64,000 nucleotides of DNA, taken from Amoebidium appalachense. Lineage: Eukaryota > Protista > Ichthyosporea. Below the pieces are notes generated by a model. It saw nothing but the letters and a program-made list of their open reading frames with translations, had not been told where the DNA came from and made no database searches. Every line of letters starts with the position of its first letter. The first letter of the stretch is position 1. Position numbers and translations under genes: made by a program. Below, piece after piece: positions 51,676 through 64,000 of the stretch. The stretch lies in contig CAVNZM010000012.1 of the NCBI GenBank assembly GCA_963693365.1, forward strand, positions 8,746,001 through 8,810,000, given 5' to 3'.

Positions 51676-53993
51676 TCTACTGTCCCTTTTGCAAAAAAAA
51701 AGAAGGAAAAAAAAAAAAAAAAAAAAAAAGAGGAGACACCGCCTCAGTAGGTGGTAGGGTGACGGTTGTCACTTGCCTCTTGTTTATTTTTCCTGCGATC
51801 ATGATCGCGTGCTCAAGATCGAGCGACAGGCGAATAATGCATATTTTCCCCGCCAAAATTTGCCAAACTTTGACAAAAAGTGTCACACTGACTGCTGATT
51901 GGTTCACTAAAAAACTTGGATGAGTCACGAATCCACCCCTGGAGGGCCTGGAGGCTGAGGCAAGACTCTAGTAGTGAGGTTTATGTAGAATCCCAAATTC
52001 ATATAAATTAATATCAATTACAGATGTACGCAACGGCATGTTTATCTGCAGTAGAATATTTATACCATGATTTATGGAGGCATATTGAACTGCTTTCATG
52101 ATTCGTATATGCTGCAAATTAACCGACGAATCGTGTGCGTGCTCTGTATGCGTTGACCCATGGCCAAATATTGGCCACCTGACCTTGGCCTGCATGCACT
52201 ACACCGCCCAGCCCACCCAGAGGTATGTTCCTAATGCTGGAGTTAGATTTTATTATTCCTTTTTATTCTTTTTGCACCAAGCGCCCTAATACAGCCGTGC
52301 ACAAGACCTATGCTGTGTGCCAAGCTTTTTACTTCGCTCCAAGCTGGCTCTGGAAGATTCGGTTTAGCCTACCAATCAATATGCGTTGTCAATTTTCAAT
52401 TTGAAAACGGGCCAATAAGCCAGTAAACTTGAGAAAGCATCAGGGTGTGAAAGTTGCGTTCCTTCGATGATGACACCGGACACTTTGGTCACAAAGTTTG
52501 CATTGACTCCAAAAGAACAACCAAACAATCTAAGGGGCATCATTCTTATAAACCGTCGCCTACTATATAAAACTCACGAAGTAAATCAGTGGACCTAACC
52601 TGAAAAACAGGGGATCACGTATTGGGATTTTGGGGGCGATCATTTTCAAGTACCGGCGTACAGTCTACGGTACAGATATGATGGTCCATGGCACGAGTAC
52701 ACGCAGGGCTGGAAAACGGCATACCCTGTCACTCAGTGAGTCAGCTACGGTAGGTAGCGCTAGCAGCCACTGCTGCCAGCCATGATGTATGTGGCATTAG
52801 GGATGGAGCACACCAATCTCAGGCAAACAACACAAATGGCTTCAAAATGCTTGCATATAGCATGCATATATGCTTACTGACCGTGGCATATATCCTCGGA
52901 GGCAACAGCTCAAGTTTGCTGTGCACATGAGGCATGTTGCGGCGCGGCGGCCGCATGCATATATGCACAGTACACATGATGTCGACAAGCCGGCGACCGG
53001 AACCCGCGATTGATCGCGATCGCGATATCGCAGTATAATAATATTAATCGATATCGCAATATAATAATATTAATCGCGATCGGGATTCGATGACAGGCTC
53101 GTGATCAGCAGCTATATGATGTAGCGAAGCACATGGCGCTTATAAATCTACCCAAATAGCCACCCACTATAAAAACTAGGCTGTGCACTTGGTTTTTGGT
53201 ATCATTATATTATATTTCCTTGGCCAAACTGGCACCTGTGCCGTGACAGTGTAGCTCCGCTGTGAGCCGCCAGCCTGCAGCTGGCGCCATACTCGGACGC
53301 ACGTCATCACCGCCGCGTGACATTCCGGGGCCGGCGTTGGATACGTGCGCGTCCGCTACAAAAAAGTAAGCAGCATGCGCTCACAACCAAAAACAATTTC
53401 CCGGTATTTGTACAATCTTTCATAGAGATTCAAGATTCAGGATCGTTTTTATGAAATCAATATTGCTGTTATATCATAAAAAATACATTTGGTACCCCAT
53501 TACTCATAATTTTTTCAGCAGCTTCGGAACGCACCGAGGAATCACGCATGCATGATCGACCGGTCGCGTGTGAACAGACAGGCTATTGTAGACTGAGGGT
53601 GTGAGAGGGGAAAATGCCCTAGGGAAAACGTGTTTACTTTTCACGGTGTTCGCCTTGTAAACAAAGCTTAGTCTGCGTGAGTGTTGCAATAAGGTACTGC
53701 TAATATTAGCTTTCAACAAATCATCTCTCCATTTTTACCCCCTCCTGCCTTTTGGCCGCGGGGCATTTTTTCCAGTTCTGGGTGGCAACCTTAGAGCCGC
53801 TTTTCCGCGAGGGAGTTAACATTACACAAGAACACGTGTTTGGAAGGTAGTTCTGCTTTGTTGGGGCATGTGTCTTTTTTTCTTAGGCCTCGTCTAGAGT
53901 TGAAAGTACGCAGATAATCTTTTTGCAGCCTTTTTATTTCGACGAGGAGAGGGAGAGAGAGAGAGAGGGAGAGAGAGTCAGACCACCGGCACC

Positions 53994-54017
53994 GTGGGTG
54001 CCTGCGTCTGTGTACAG
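53994..54017 (+). other. Candidate distal G-alpha first exon (GTG start, [M]GACVCVQ) or 5' UTR exon
   Basis: gcaccGTGg Kozak-like context, 8 codons, phase-0 donor GTAAGA followed by intron-type (GT)n. Confidence 0.35.
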
Positions 54018-54080
54018 GTAAGAAGTACGTGCGTGAGTGCGTGCGTCGTGCGTGCGTGCGTGCGCGTTTACGTGTGCCCG

Positions 54081-54155
<75 letters not shown>

Positions 54156-54203
54156 ATGTAGGCGTGCCTAAGTGTGAATGTAGGTGCCGAAACATGTTTA
54201 GTG

Positions 54204-54238
<35 letters not shown>

Positions 54239-54468
54239 GCACTCCCGCCTTCTTTCTTTCGGTGAGTTCTGTGCGTGCTTGGAATTCTGTCCTTTTCGTC
54301 CCTTTTCAACGTGGCTTGTGAAACTTCTAGATTAATTATCAAACATGTGTACCGCCCTGTACGTGATTATGTCTATGTACGGGCACGTCTGTGCTCTTCC
54401 TTTTGGATGTGTGTGTATGTCCAATGGGCGTGTTTGTGTTGTGTGTTTCTGCGTGTGTGTGTATGTGT

Positions 54469-54499
<31 letters not shown>

Positions 54500-55077
54500 G
54501 AGGGGGGGGGGGGTTGGCGTGTGTGCATGTTTGCGCGTGTGCGTGTGTGTGTTTATGTGTGCTTGTGCATGTGTGTTTTTGCGTGTGTTTGTGTGTGCCT
54601 GTGCGCATATGTTCGCACTGTGGGAGTATTTGTGTGGTGCGCTGCACGTGTGTTTGTGCGCTTTCTTGGCTTTTGGTGATGACTACTCTGTAACCTGTGA
54701 ATAAATGCTATTTGATGGCGGGAGTGCCGATTGAGTTTCGAGTAAGTTGTTGCTGGGATACACGTAAGAACCACTCACTGTGAACATGTGTTTAGTCGTC
54801 GTTTCGACATGTTCCATGTTGGTGTGTCCTGTCTGTGTGGAGGTGTGTAGGGTTTGTCGGCTTACCGAGCATGCTTCTCCTGCACTTAAATGGTATCGTG
54901 CCTGTGTGCTCTGCACGTGTGTGTGTGTGTGTGCCACTTCAACCTGTTTCACACTCCCAACCTCGTGATTTATCATGTGTGGTCAGTAGAAATTTAAGTG
55001 CCTTCCTTAGGGGATGTACGCATATACGCGTACCCCCCCCCCCCTCCCCCCCGTCTCCCCCCATCTCGCGCAGTGTG

Positions 55078-55173
<96 letters not shown>

Positions 55174-55508
55174 TGTGTGTGTGTGTGTGTGTGTGTGCGA
55201 GCTCGTGGTACGAGTGTGCATGTATGCAGGTGTTTGTGTGTGTGCGTGTGACGTATTGGTGTGTGCATGTATGTGTGCAACTAGCACGTGTGTACCTGCA
55301 TGTGTGCAAGGGTGCCCCATGCAGGTTTTTTTGTATGCGTAGGTGTGTGAGTGCTTCGTGGAGGGTGTACACGTTCATTTTTTTTGAATTAAAACAAATT
55401 TGCTGCAGCAGCGCGCAGGTATTGCCTGTTGGAGCATGTTTTGTCCGTCGTGCACTTGTTTTTTATATATGAAGTTGTCATCTCAGTATGCAGCTGGTGT
55501 TTCTGATT

Positions 55509-55536
<28 letters not shown>

Positions 55537-55539
<3 letters not shown>

Positions 55540-56885
55540 CTTCTTTCAGAGGTGTCCTTTCAGGACAGACCACTGTGTGGAGACATCTTTACTTCCATGC
55601 AACCGGGCATGGTTGCTCTGTGTCGTGCATCTGTAAGCACATACGCGTTTGTCGCTGCACTGCAGTAGTTTGCACACACATCTTCACCGTTTTGCTCACC
55701 TTGCTTGCATAAGCAACCCTGCTCGTCTTTGATCAAGACGGGTTGACCCACCCAAGTTCAGTTGATGCTGCTGTCTGAGTTGGAGCGTCGTATATACGCG
55801 GGCTAAGGGGTCGAAACTCAGACGCAATTGATGACTTGGGCCCTCCCTGAGGATGGGCTCTGCTTATGACGCATACTGTGCGCATGGCTGATGCTGCATA
55901 CTTGAATGTTTGCCTTTGCATGTGTCCTGCATCATGCTTCTCATCGTCTATGCGTACTTCGTACTGTGTTCCGCATTCAAACCCCCCTGTCTTCTTTCAG
56001 AGGTGTCCTTTCAGGACAGACCACTGTGTGGAGACATCTTTACTTCCATGCAACCGGGCATGGTTGCTCTGTGTCGTGCATCTGTAAGCACATACGCGTT
56101 TGTCGCTGCACTGCATTAGTTTGCACACACATCTTCACCGTTTTGCTCACCTTGCTTGCATAAGCAACCCTGCTCGTCTTTGATCAAGACGGGTTGACCC
56201 ACCCAAGTTCAGTTGATGCTGCTGTCTGAGTTGGAGCGTCGTATATACGCGGGCTAAGGGGTCGAAACTCAGACGCAATTGATGACTTGGGCCCTCCCTG
56301 AGGATGGGCTCTGCTTATGACGCATACTGTGCGCATGGCTGATGCTGCATACTTGAATGTTTGCCTTTGCATGTGTCCTGCATCATGCTTCTCATCGTCT
56401 ATGCGTACTTCGTACTGTGTTCCGCATTCAAACCCCCCTGTCTTCTTTCAGAGGTGTCCTTTCAGGACAGACCACTGTGTGGAGACATCTTTACTTCCAT
56501 GCAACCGGGCATGGTTGCTCTGTGTCGTGCATCTGTAAGCACATACGCGTTTGTCGCTGCACTGCATTAGTTTGCACACACATCTTCACCGTTTTGCTCA
56601 CCTTGCTTGCATAAGCAACCCTGCTCGTCTTTGATCAAGACGGGTTGACCCACCCAAGTTCAGTTGATGCTGCTGTCTGAGTTGGAGCGTCGTATATACG
56701 CGGGCTAAGGGGTCGAAACTCAGACGCAATTGATGACTTGGGCCCTCCCTGAGGATGGGCTCTGCTTATGACGCATACTGTGCGCATGGCTGATGCTGCA
56801 TACTTGAATGTTTGCCTTTGCATGTGTCCTGCATCATGCTTCTCATCGTCTATGCGTACTTCGTACTGTGTTCCGCATTCAAACC
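55537..56885 (+). repeat. 451-bp tandem repeat, 3 near-identical copies
   Basis: Units start at about 55537, 55988 and 56439. The ORF track repeats with a 451 period. The only difference seen is gcagtag versus gcattag. Confidence 0.97.
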
Positions 56886-57726
56886 CCCCCCCCCCCCCCC
56901 CAAAAAAAAAAAAAACAAAAAAAAAGAAACAAAAAACAAAAAACAAAACAAAACAAAACAAAAAAAAATCTTACTCAACCGAGCCCACTGCTCCCTCAGT
57001 TGCATTTTTTTGTTTGTGGTATGTTTTCTGTTGTCAATATGTACAGCGTTCTGCGTGTTGCAGTTTACAAACCCCCCCCCCCCCCCCCCCCCTCCCCGGG
57101 CGCGTGCCAAAAAAAAAAGAGAAAAAAAGCCAACACACCCACACACACACAAAGCGTATTGTGCATGTCGATTTTCGTATCTTATAAAAGAGTTGCTTTT
57201 TGGGGGATATGCTCTCTTCTACCTCTACCTCTCTTCTCTCTCTCTTCTCCACTCCATATGTGCACTGTACTTTTGTGGGGTGCTTGTTGAAGCCAGGCCT
57301 ACACTCGGCTGATGTGGTTTTTTCTTTTTTCTTTTGTTTGTTTGGTTGGTTTTCTCTACCACCTTATACCCCCGTTTTTCTTTTTCTTTTCTTTTTTTTT
57401 TCTTTGGCTCATAACAACTCTGATTCCTGTCGAAAGAAAACAAAAGCTTTACGGTAGTTTCGAAACCCAGAACATTTTTTTTGTTGGGGTGAAGATATAG
57501 GAGCTCTTCCGGTGATTGGCTCTGCCTAAGTACCACTTGCCTGCCCGTTTCTTTTCCTGTCTTTTGGTCGTATATTTTTCTTCGGGTACAGCGTTCTACC
57601 TTGCTGTATAACCCCCCCCCCCCCCCGCCCGCCCCCCCCCCCCCCCGGGGTCTTGCCCACATTTCTTGCTTGCAACTTGAATGGACTGAAGGTTGAGTGC
57701 AGTGCATAACTTGGCCCACCTCTCTA

Positions 57727-59504
57727 CACGTCGGCCGGTTCGCTATGATGGCCCGCCCGGCCGCGCCGGCAAATCGGGCCAAAAGTCCCCGACCCAACAT
57801 TTTGCATATAATTTGAGAAATTGTGGAGAGAGAAGTTCAAAATAGTTTTCCACCAAATTTTGCTAGGTACTAAATATATATGTAAACTCTTATTCTGTAA
57901 ATTTTCAATCAATTCTGACATAGGGTTTATTGGCAAAGCTCACAAAAGCGATGGTACCTTTTCTTGGTTTGAGGTGCGACCCGAATATTGGTGACACTGT
58001 AGCGTGACAACCCAATGTCAGATCGAGTTGAAACTTGGTAGACCCCAAGGTCATTGGCTTACAAGCTTATGTGCAAAATTTGACCAATGGTTGTCTATCT
58101 TTATGCGACACAGGAAGGACGCGCTTTTGCCAGTTTTCAGCAGTAAAAAAGTGAAAAACGGCAACAAACTGCGTTGGCCGCTGTACTGCACAGCGTGTGA
58201 GCCACTCGTTATCTGAAACTGACCAGTGCGGCGGGTGGCAAGATGGTGCCAAACCGATAAGAAATTGTTTAGGTGAACCAATCATAGACGAGAACTAAGA
58301 AATATGCGGGTAAATGGGAATTTTCGGCTCACATATTGGTGACAAAGCAAAGGACGCTAAGGAGCATGTAGTTACGGTCAACATTGTACATATAATGTAC
58401 AAATAATGAATATAATGTATAAATAAATGATAAAAATCATAATATTACTATTTAATACAGCTTAAATACTGAATAGGAATGGGCAGGTAGGAGTGACACC
58501 GCGATTATGAAAAAGGAATTTTGCAACGCTCAAGCGCGGTTTGATTGGTCGGCATGCTTTCTATATAATGGATCAGACAACATGATGTGGAAGCACATTG
58601 CCTCAAACGCAAGCAATATGGGGGACACATGTGATGTCCAATTCTTTTGATCTGCAATTCGGCATAAATCATGCAAACGTACTTTCCCCCCGCCCCGCGC
58701 CCCCCCTTGCGGAGAAAAAGGAAACCATACGGGAAAAAATCACACAACAGTTCTAAACCACACAAACTCATTTTCAATTGTGAAAATAAATTCCGGTATA
58801 TATAAATTGTGCAATGAAAGGGCCCCAAAGCCCGATTTGGAGACCTGCCACATAGGTAAAAGCAGCTCGCCTTTATTCTAGGTCCCGTCAGTGGGTGAAT
58901 TCCCGCGAGCGCCAATTGCAGCAGACAATTAGCACTATATTCATTGCGGGTTGAATGCTGATCAGGCATAATGTATTCACTGTATTTTCGTATACTTGTG
59001 TTGTGTGTTGGTGTGTGTAGGTGTACAAGAGCAGACCGTGTAAAGCCAGCTATGCTATAAGGTGCACGGGCTGCCACATGAGCCAAGTGCGCCTTCCCAA
59101 TTGTGTGCTCTTTGCTATATATGAAACTCTGTGTTGTGCTATGTAAAAAAATTCATGTATACGGAAGCAGGTGTATTTAGGTGGCCACTGCACACGCGTG
59201 CATCATTTCGCCGAATGCGTGGTCATTTACTCTCTGACGTGCAGGTATACCAAAAATGCTCTACAACGATTACCCACTTAATAGAACGGATAGTACAACA
59301 GATTAAATTTAATTTACACACTTTATTGTGCATTTTCTTACTGTTTAAATAATCTTTAAAGCCTTTTGCATACTTGAAATCTATGGGTTATAGTTTATTG
59401 CTATATCCCGTTTCATGCTTTCGCCGCGCTCCGATCGATTGGGTGCCTGTCAGGAGTGTCTCTGGCCGGGCCGGGCAGGCCCTCATAGCGTACCTTCCCA
59501 CGTG
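57727..59504 (-). mobile_element. Decayed CMC-superfamily (Chapaev3-like) DNA transposon
   Basis: Imperfect TIRs of about 36 bp (cacgtcggccggttcgctatgatggcccgcccggcc versus reverse-complemented right end cacgtgggaaggtacgctatgagggcctgcccggcc), CAC...GTG termini and a 3-bp TSD CTA. Minus-strand remnants SCFYLCG, CRIADQKNWTSHV, LRQC and MPTNQ occur in the order of the Chapaev3 N-terminal motifs. Confidence 0.7.
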
Positions 59505-59902
59505 CTAGAATCGAGTCTACTTGCCGTGCATACTCTGTTGGTGTATTGCCTGTTGTTATCTTTTGCTTTGTAGTCGGAATTACATTCTAACCTCTCCCCT
59601 CCCACCTCTTCCTCCCTCTATCTCCACCCTTATCCAGTACCCCCCCCCCCCCCCCCCCCAACCGCAACAAACACCCGTTCCCTCCCCCCATCTCCCTTCC
59701 TCCCTCCCCCCCCCCCCCCCCCCCCCCACCCCACCCACACACACACACACAAACACCCACACCCACCCACCCACCCACACTTACACACACGTAGACACAC
59801 ACACGCTTACGCGCGCGCGCGCGCACACACACACACACACAGACAGACAGACACTCATATACCCACCCATCCACCCCCTCCCCCACCCACCCACCCACTG
59901 TC

Positions 59903-59965
<63 letters not shown>

Positions 59966-59968
59966 ACA

Positions 59969-60025
<57 letters not shown>

Positions 60026-60086
60026 ACACATACACACACACACACCCACACACACACCCACACCCACACACACACACACACACACC

Positions 60087-60195
<109 letters not shown>

Positions 60196-60350
60196 ACACA
60201 TACACACACAGCGGGGTTTGCGCGGGGGTGCGCAGGTATGGGGCCTGGCTAGGCCACGTGCAGCCACGGCATTTGTGGCCCACCTGGGCCCACCCTCAGC
60301 CCGCCCTGCCCGGGGCCTCTCCCCGCGGCTGTGGGCTCCTGGTGCCAACC

Positions 60351-60390
60351 ATGTCGTGCTCGTGCCTGTCGGGCGTACGTGTCCCCCCTG

Positions 60391-60445
<55 letters not shown>

Positions 60446-60717
60446 TTTGTGTGGACGCGCACACATACGTTGATCGCGGGGATGGACAGTAAAAAGGATG
60501 GCCGAATGGATGCATTCGTTTACATATACTCATAGAAATGCAGATCCACACACACCTGTGTCTATCTACACGTTCATTTGCGCACACGATACATTTGCTC
60601 ACCAACACCCACATGCACGCCCACAGCCATACGTGGCACATCTTTAACAACCTCGCATATCACAACCACATACACACACACACACAACCACATACACATA
60701 CACACACACACACACAA

Positions 60718-60771
<54 letters not shown>

Positions 60772-60787
60772 CCACACACACACAACT

Positions 60788-60819
<32 letters not shown>

Positions 60820-60873
60820 ACAACCACACAAACACACACACACACACACACACACACAACCACACATACACAA

Positions 60874-60943
<70 letters not shown>

Positions 60944-60960
60944 CCACACACACAACCACA

Positions 60961-60998
<38 letters not shown>

Positions 60999-61474
60999 CC
61001 CTCTCTCTCCCTCTCCCTCCCTCTCTCTCTCTCTGTCTCTCTCTCACGAACATTTGCCCCCCCCCCCCCCCCCCCCCACCCCACCCCCCTCTCTCCATAA
61101 CTACCACACAAACATACACTCTTGTCTCCCCAGGACACACTCTCCAAACAAGAGAAAGAGAGAGAGGGGGGGGGGGGGGAGAGAGAGAGGGAGGGAGAGG
61201 GAGAGAACGAGGACTTGAAATGAGGCTGTATCAATATGTGGGTGGATGGAAGGGGGCCAGGGGGAGGGGGGGGGGAAGGGGGGGGAAGGGGCTGGTGTTG
61301 TGAAATAGGGGTTGTAGTGGTAGTGAAGACACATGTATGGAAATGAAGTGCTTACGGTGTGATGGGGCAGAACAACCATGAGAGCAAACGAAGCAGAGAG
61401 ATCGATGCGGAGCTGAAGCTGAAGAAGAAGGAGCTTGCCCAGGTGTGTGGTGTGTGTGCGTGTGCGTGTGTGTG

Positions 61475-61516
<42 letters not shown>

Positions 61517-62288
61517 TTGGGGGGGGGGGGGGGGGGGGGGGGGGGGAGGGCGCGCACGCACGCGCGCGTGTGTGTGTGTGTGCTTGTGTGTGCTTGTGCT
61601 CGTGAAGTGTGTGTGTGCATGTACATGCCCATGCACTTTCGTGTGCAAATGTATTCGTGTTTCTGTGTGTACGTGTGTGTTGATGTCTGTGTATTTGCGC
61701 CATTGCTTGCAGGGCTTCACATAGGCTTACGGTTGTTGTAAAGGGAGTCCCTACGTGTGTGTGCAAGGACTGTGTGTGTGTGTGTGTGTGCGGGCTCAGT
61801 GGTTGGAGCAGTGAGGATGGGTGTGTGCATGGCCATATGTGTGTGTCTGTGTGTTCATTGCTGTGGGTGCGCCTGTTGTGTTTTCCTGAAATGAATAGGA
61901 AAACCGTTGAAGGGGGTGTGCTGGCGTTCGTGTGGGCGGGGTGTGCGGGTGTGTGTGGAAGTGTGTGGGGTTTTGGGTCGTTGGTTCCCGGCTGACTGAT
62001 GGGGTTTTTTTTCAGGAGGTGAAATTGCTGCTCCTGGGAGCAGGGGAGAGTGGAAAATCGACCGTTTTAAAACAGATGAAAGTTATCCACAAGTACGGAA
62101 CCCCCCCCCCCCCCCCCCCCCCTCTTCCCCTCTTAATGGTATGGTGTGGGTTCGTCCACAAAATGTTACACTTGCTCACACATACGTACTCTTACACACG
62201 CACGTACACTTACACTCACACACACACACACATGCACACGCGCGCGCGCGCGCATACACACACACACACATACATACACACATGCGCG

Positions 62289-62341
<53 letters not shown>

Positions 62342-63356
62342 TGCATGCATGCATGCACGCACGCATATGCACACATGCACGCGCACACGCGCATGCGCGC
62401 GCGCACCCACACACAGACACACGACTTCACGTGTGTGCGCACATGCCCGCGCATGCCGCACACACACACACACACACACACACACGAACACACACACACA
62501 CACACGAAAACGAACACTGTTGCACCCACACACCAACACCTGCACTCGCGCACCAGCCTGGTGTAGATGCCTGCCCCGTGTGTGCACACCGACGTGCAAT
62601 ATTCATTACATCTCTACCTCTCATGTTTCTCGCATGTTTACCCTGTACAATCCACATATTGCATCTTTATGTTTTCCACGCTATCTCAATGTGTGTTTCT
62701 GATTTTCCCACCTTATTCTATGGGCTAAGGGTTACACCTATGTGACTCTACAATGTGTCGCTCTTTTTTTACCACACTATTCCCACGTGCATTCCCACGT
62801 GCATTCTATTCGATTCCCATGTGTTTCCTATATACTTCCCACACAATCCGCACATGTGTTTCCCATATTCTTCCAACGAATTTGCACGTGTGAACCACGA
62901 TTTTCTCACGTGCACCCTTTCAGTGATGGGTTCACCGAGGAAGACCGCAAGCGGCACCTCCCTTCTGTCTACAACCACATCATCTCGTCCATACGGGCAA
63001 TAGTCCAGGCAATGGGCCGCCTGCAGATTGTACTGGAAGAGGAGGCGTACGTGTTTTTTTCTTTTCTTTTCTTTTTTTTTTTTGGGGGGGGGGGGGGGGG
63101 GAGGGGGGGGGGAGGGGAGGGGGTAGGGGAGAGAGGGTATATGGAGTGGCGGAGGGGGGTGGGAGGGGGGCGGGGGGGAAGGGGTGTGTGAGGGGGATGG
63201 GAACTTGGGATCGGGAGGTGTGCGTGTGTGGACTTGGAGGGGGAGGGGGGGGGGGGATGGAAGCAAGGGAGGTGTAGGAGGGAGGGATGTTATTGGGTTA
63301 GTGTGTGTGGAGGGGTTTTTTTGGTGGTTGTGGTGTGTGTGCGTTTGTGTGTTGTG

Positions 63357-63404
<48 letters not shown>

Positions 63405-63678
63405 GGGGGGGGGGGGGGGGGGGGAGAGGGGGGGCAGGTGCGGGAGGGAGGGATGGGACCTAGGGAACGGGAGGGCAGGGGGCAATGGAAGTGAGGGGTG
63501 GGGTTAGAGGAGAGAAGAGGATGTTATGGGGAAGATGTGTGTGTGTGGTGATGGCAGCGGTGTACATATAGCACGTGGGTGGTGTGAATGATTTGAGATG
63601 AATGAATATTAGTTGCGACCAAATACGTTTAGGTGTGTGGCTGGGTGGGTGGGGGATGGTGGTCGTAATGCTATGTGT

Positions 63679-63709
<31 letters not shown>

Positions 63710-63934
63710 GGGGGGGGGGGAGGGGGGGGGGGGGGGAGGGGGGGGGGGGGAGGGCAGGGGGAGGGATGTAGGCAGCAATAGGAATTTGTGGCTGGGTGTG
63801 GGAGCATGTTGGGGGGCACTGGACTACACACCAGCCTATGCACATGCACGCATGCTAACGTGTGGGGGGGCAGTAACCGGGATCACTACGACTTCATATC
63901 GAGCCTACCACCAAACGCAAGATGGGACAGCCAG
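60351..63934 (+). CDS. Heterotrimeric G-protein alpha subunit, 5' part (continues beyond the window)
   Basis: Exons 60351-60374 (MSCSCLSG), 61371-61442, 62016-62092, 62924-63046, 63874-63934. Motifs [41 protein letters not shown]...[21 protein letters not shown]. Confidence 0.92.
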
Positions 63935-64000
63935 GTGCGTGTGGGTTGGGGTGGGTGGGTGGGTGGGGAGGGGGGGGGGGGGGGGGGGGGGGAAAGGGGA

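Noticed and set aside
51950-51963. Alu/7SL-like ggaggctgaggca
   Set aside because: Only 13 nt match, with no flanking SRP RNA similarity.
55770-55900. Canonical hammerhead or SECIS in the 451-bp unit
   Set aside because: ctgagga and cgaaac are in the wrong order or spacing, and the ATGA...GA pairs lack an AA apical loop.

Overview
Intron-rich eukaryotic genomic DNA, saturated with poly-G/poly-C, (GT/CA)n and (GA/CT)n tracts. The gene content looks like a microbial opisthokont (possibly a unicellular holozoan), but the taxon cannot be fixed from the sequence. Almost all ORFs in the supplied track are microsatellite artefacts. Spliced models built by hand give: three internal exons of an ABCC/MRP transporter (minus strand, runs off the left edge); a 10-exon bacterial-type Fe-S L-serine dehydratase (7048-13257); a coiled-coil ORF of unknown function; a KCTD-like BTB protein with a frame break (26314-28532); a secreted four-Kazal-domain protein; an intronless OFA-type MFS transporter head-to-head with a 6-exon flavodoxin-fold NAD(P)H oxidoreductase; and the 5' part of a G-protein alpha gene. 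Mobile DNA includes a hAT-like MITE, a Tc1/mariner-like MITE, a decayed Chapaev3-like transposon and several LINE fragments. The most intriguing observations are (1) a co-oriented dispersed repeat whose six full copies all keep an indel-free 45-nt AG...GT exon-like cassette, and (2) two candidate 24-nt first coding exons for the G-alpha gene, one starting at GTG, that would give different lipidation motifs. No databases or folding tools were run; family assignments rest on motif recognition.
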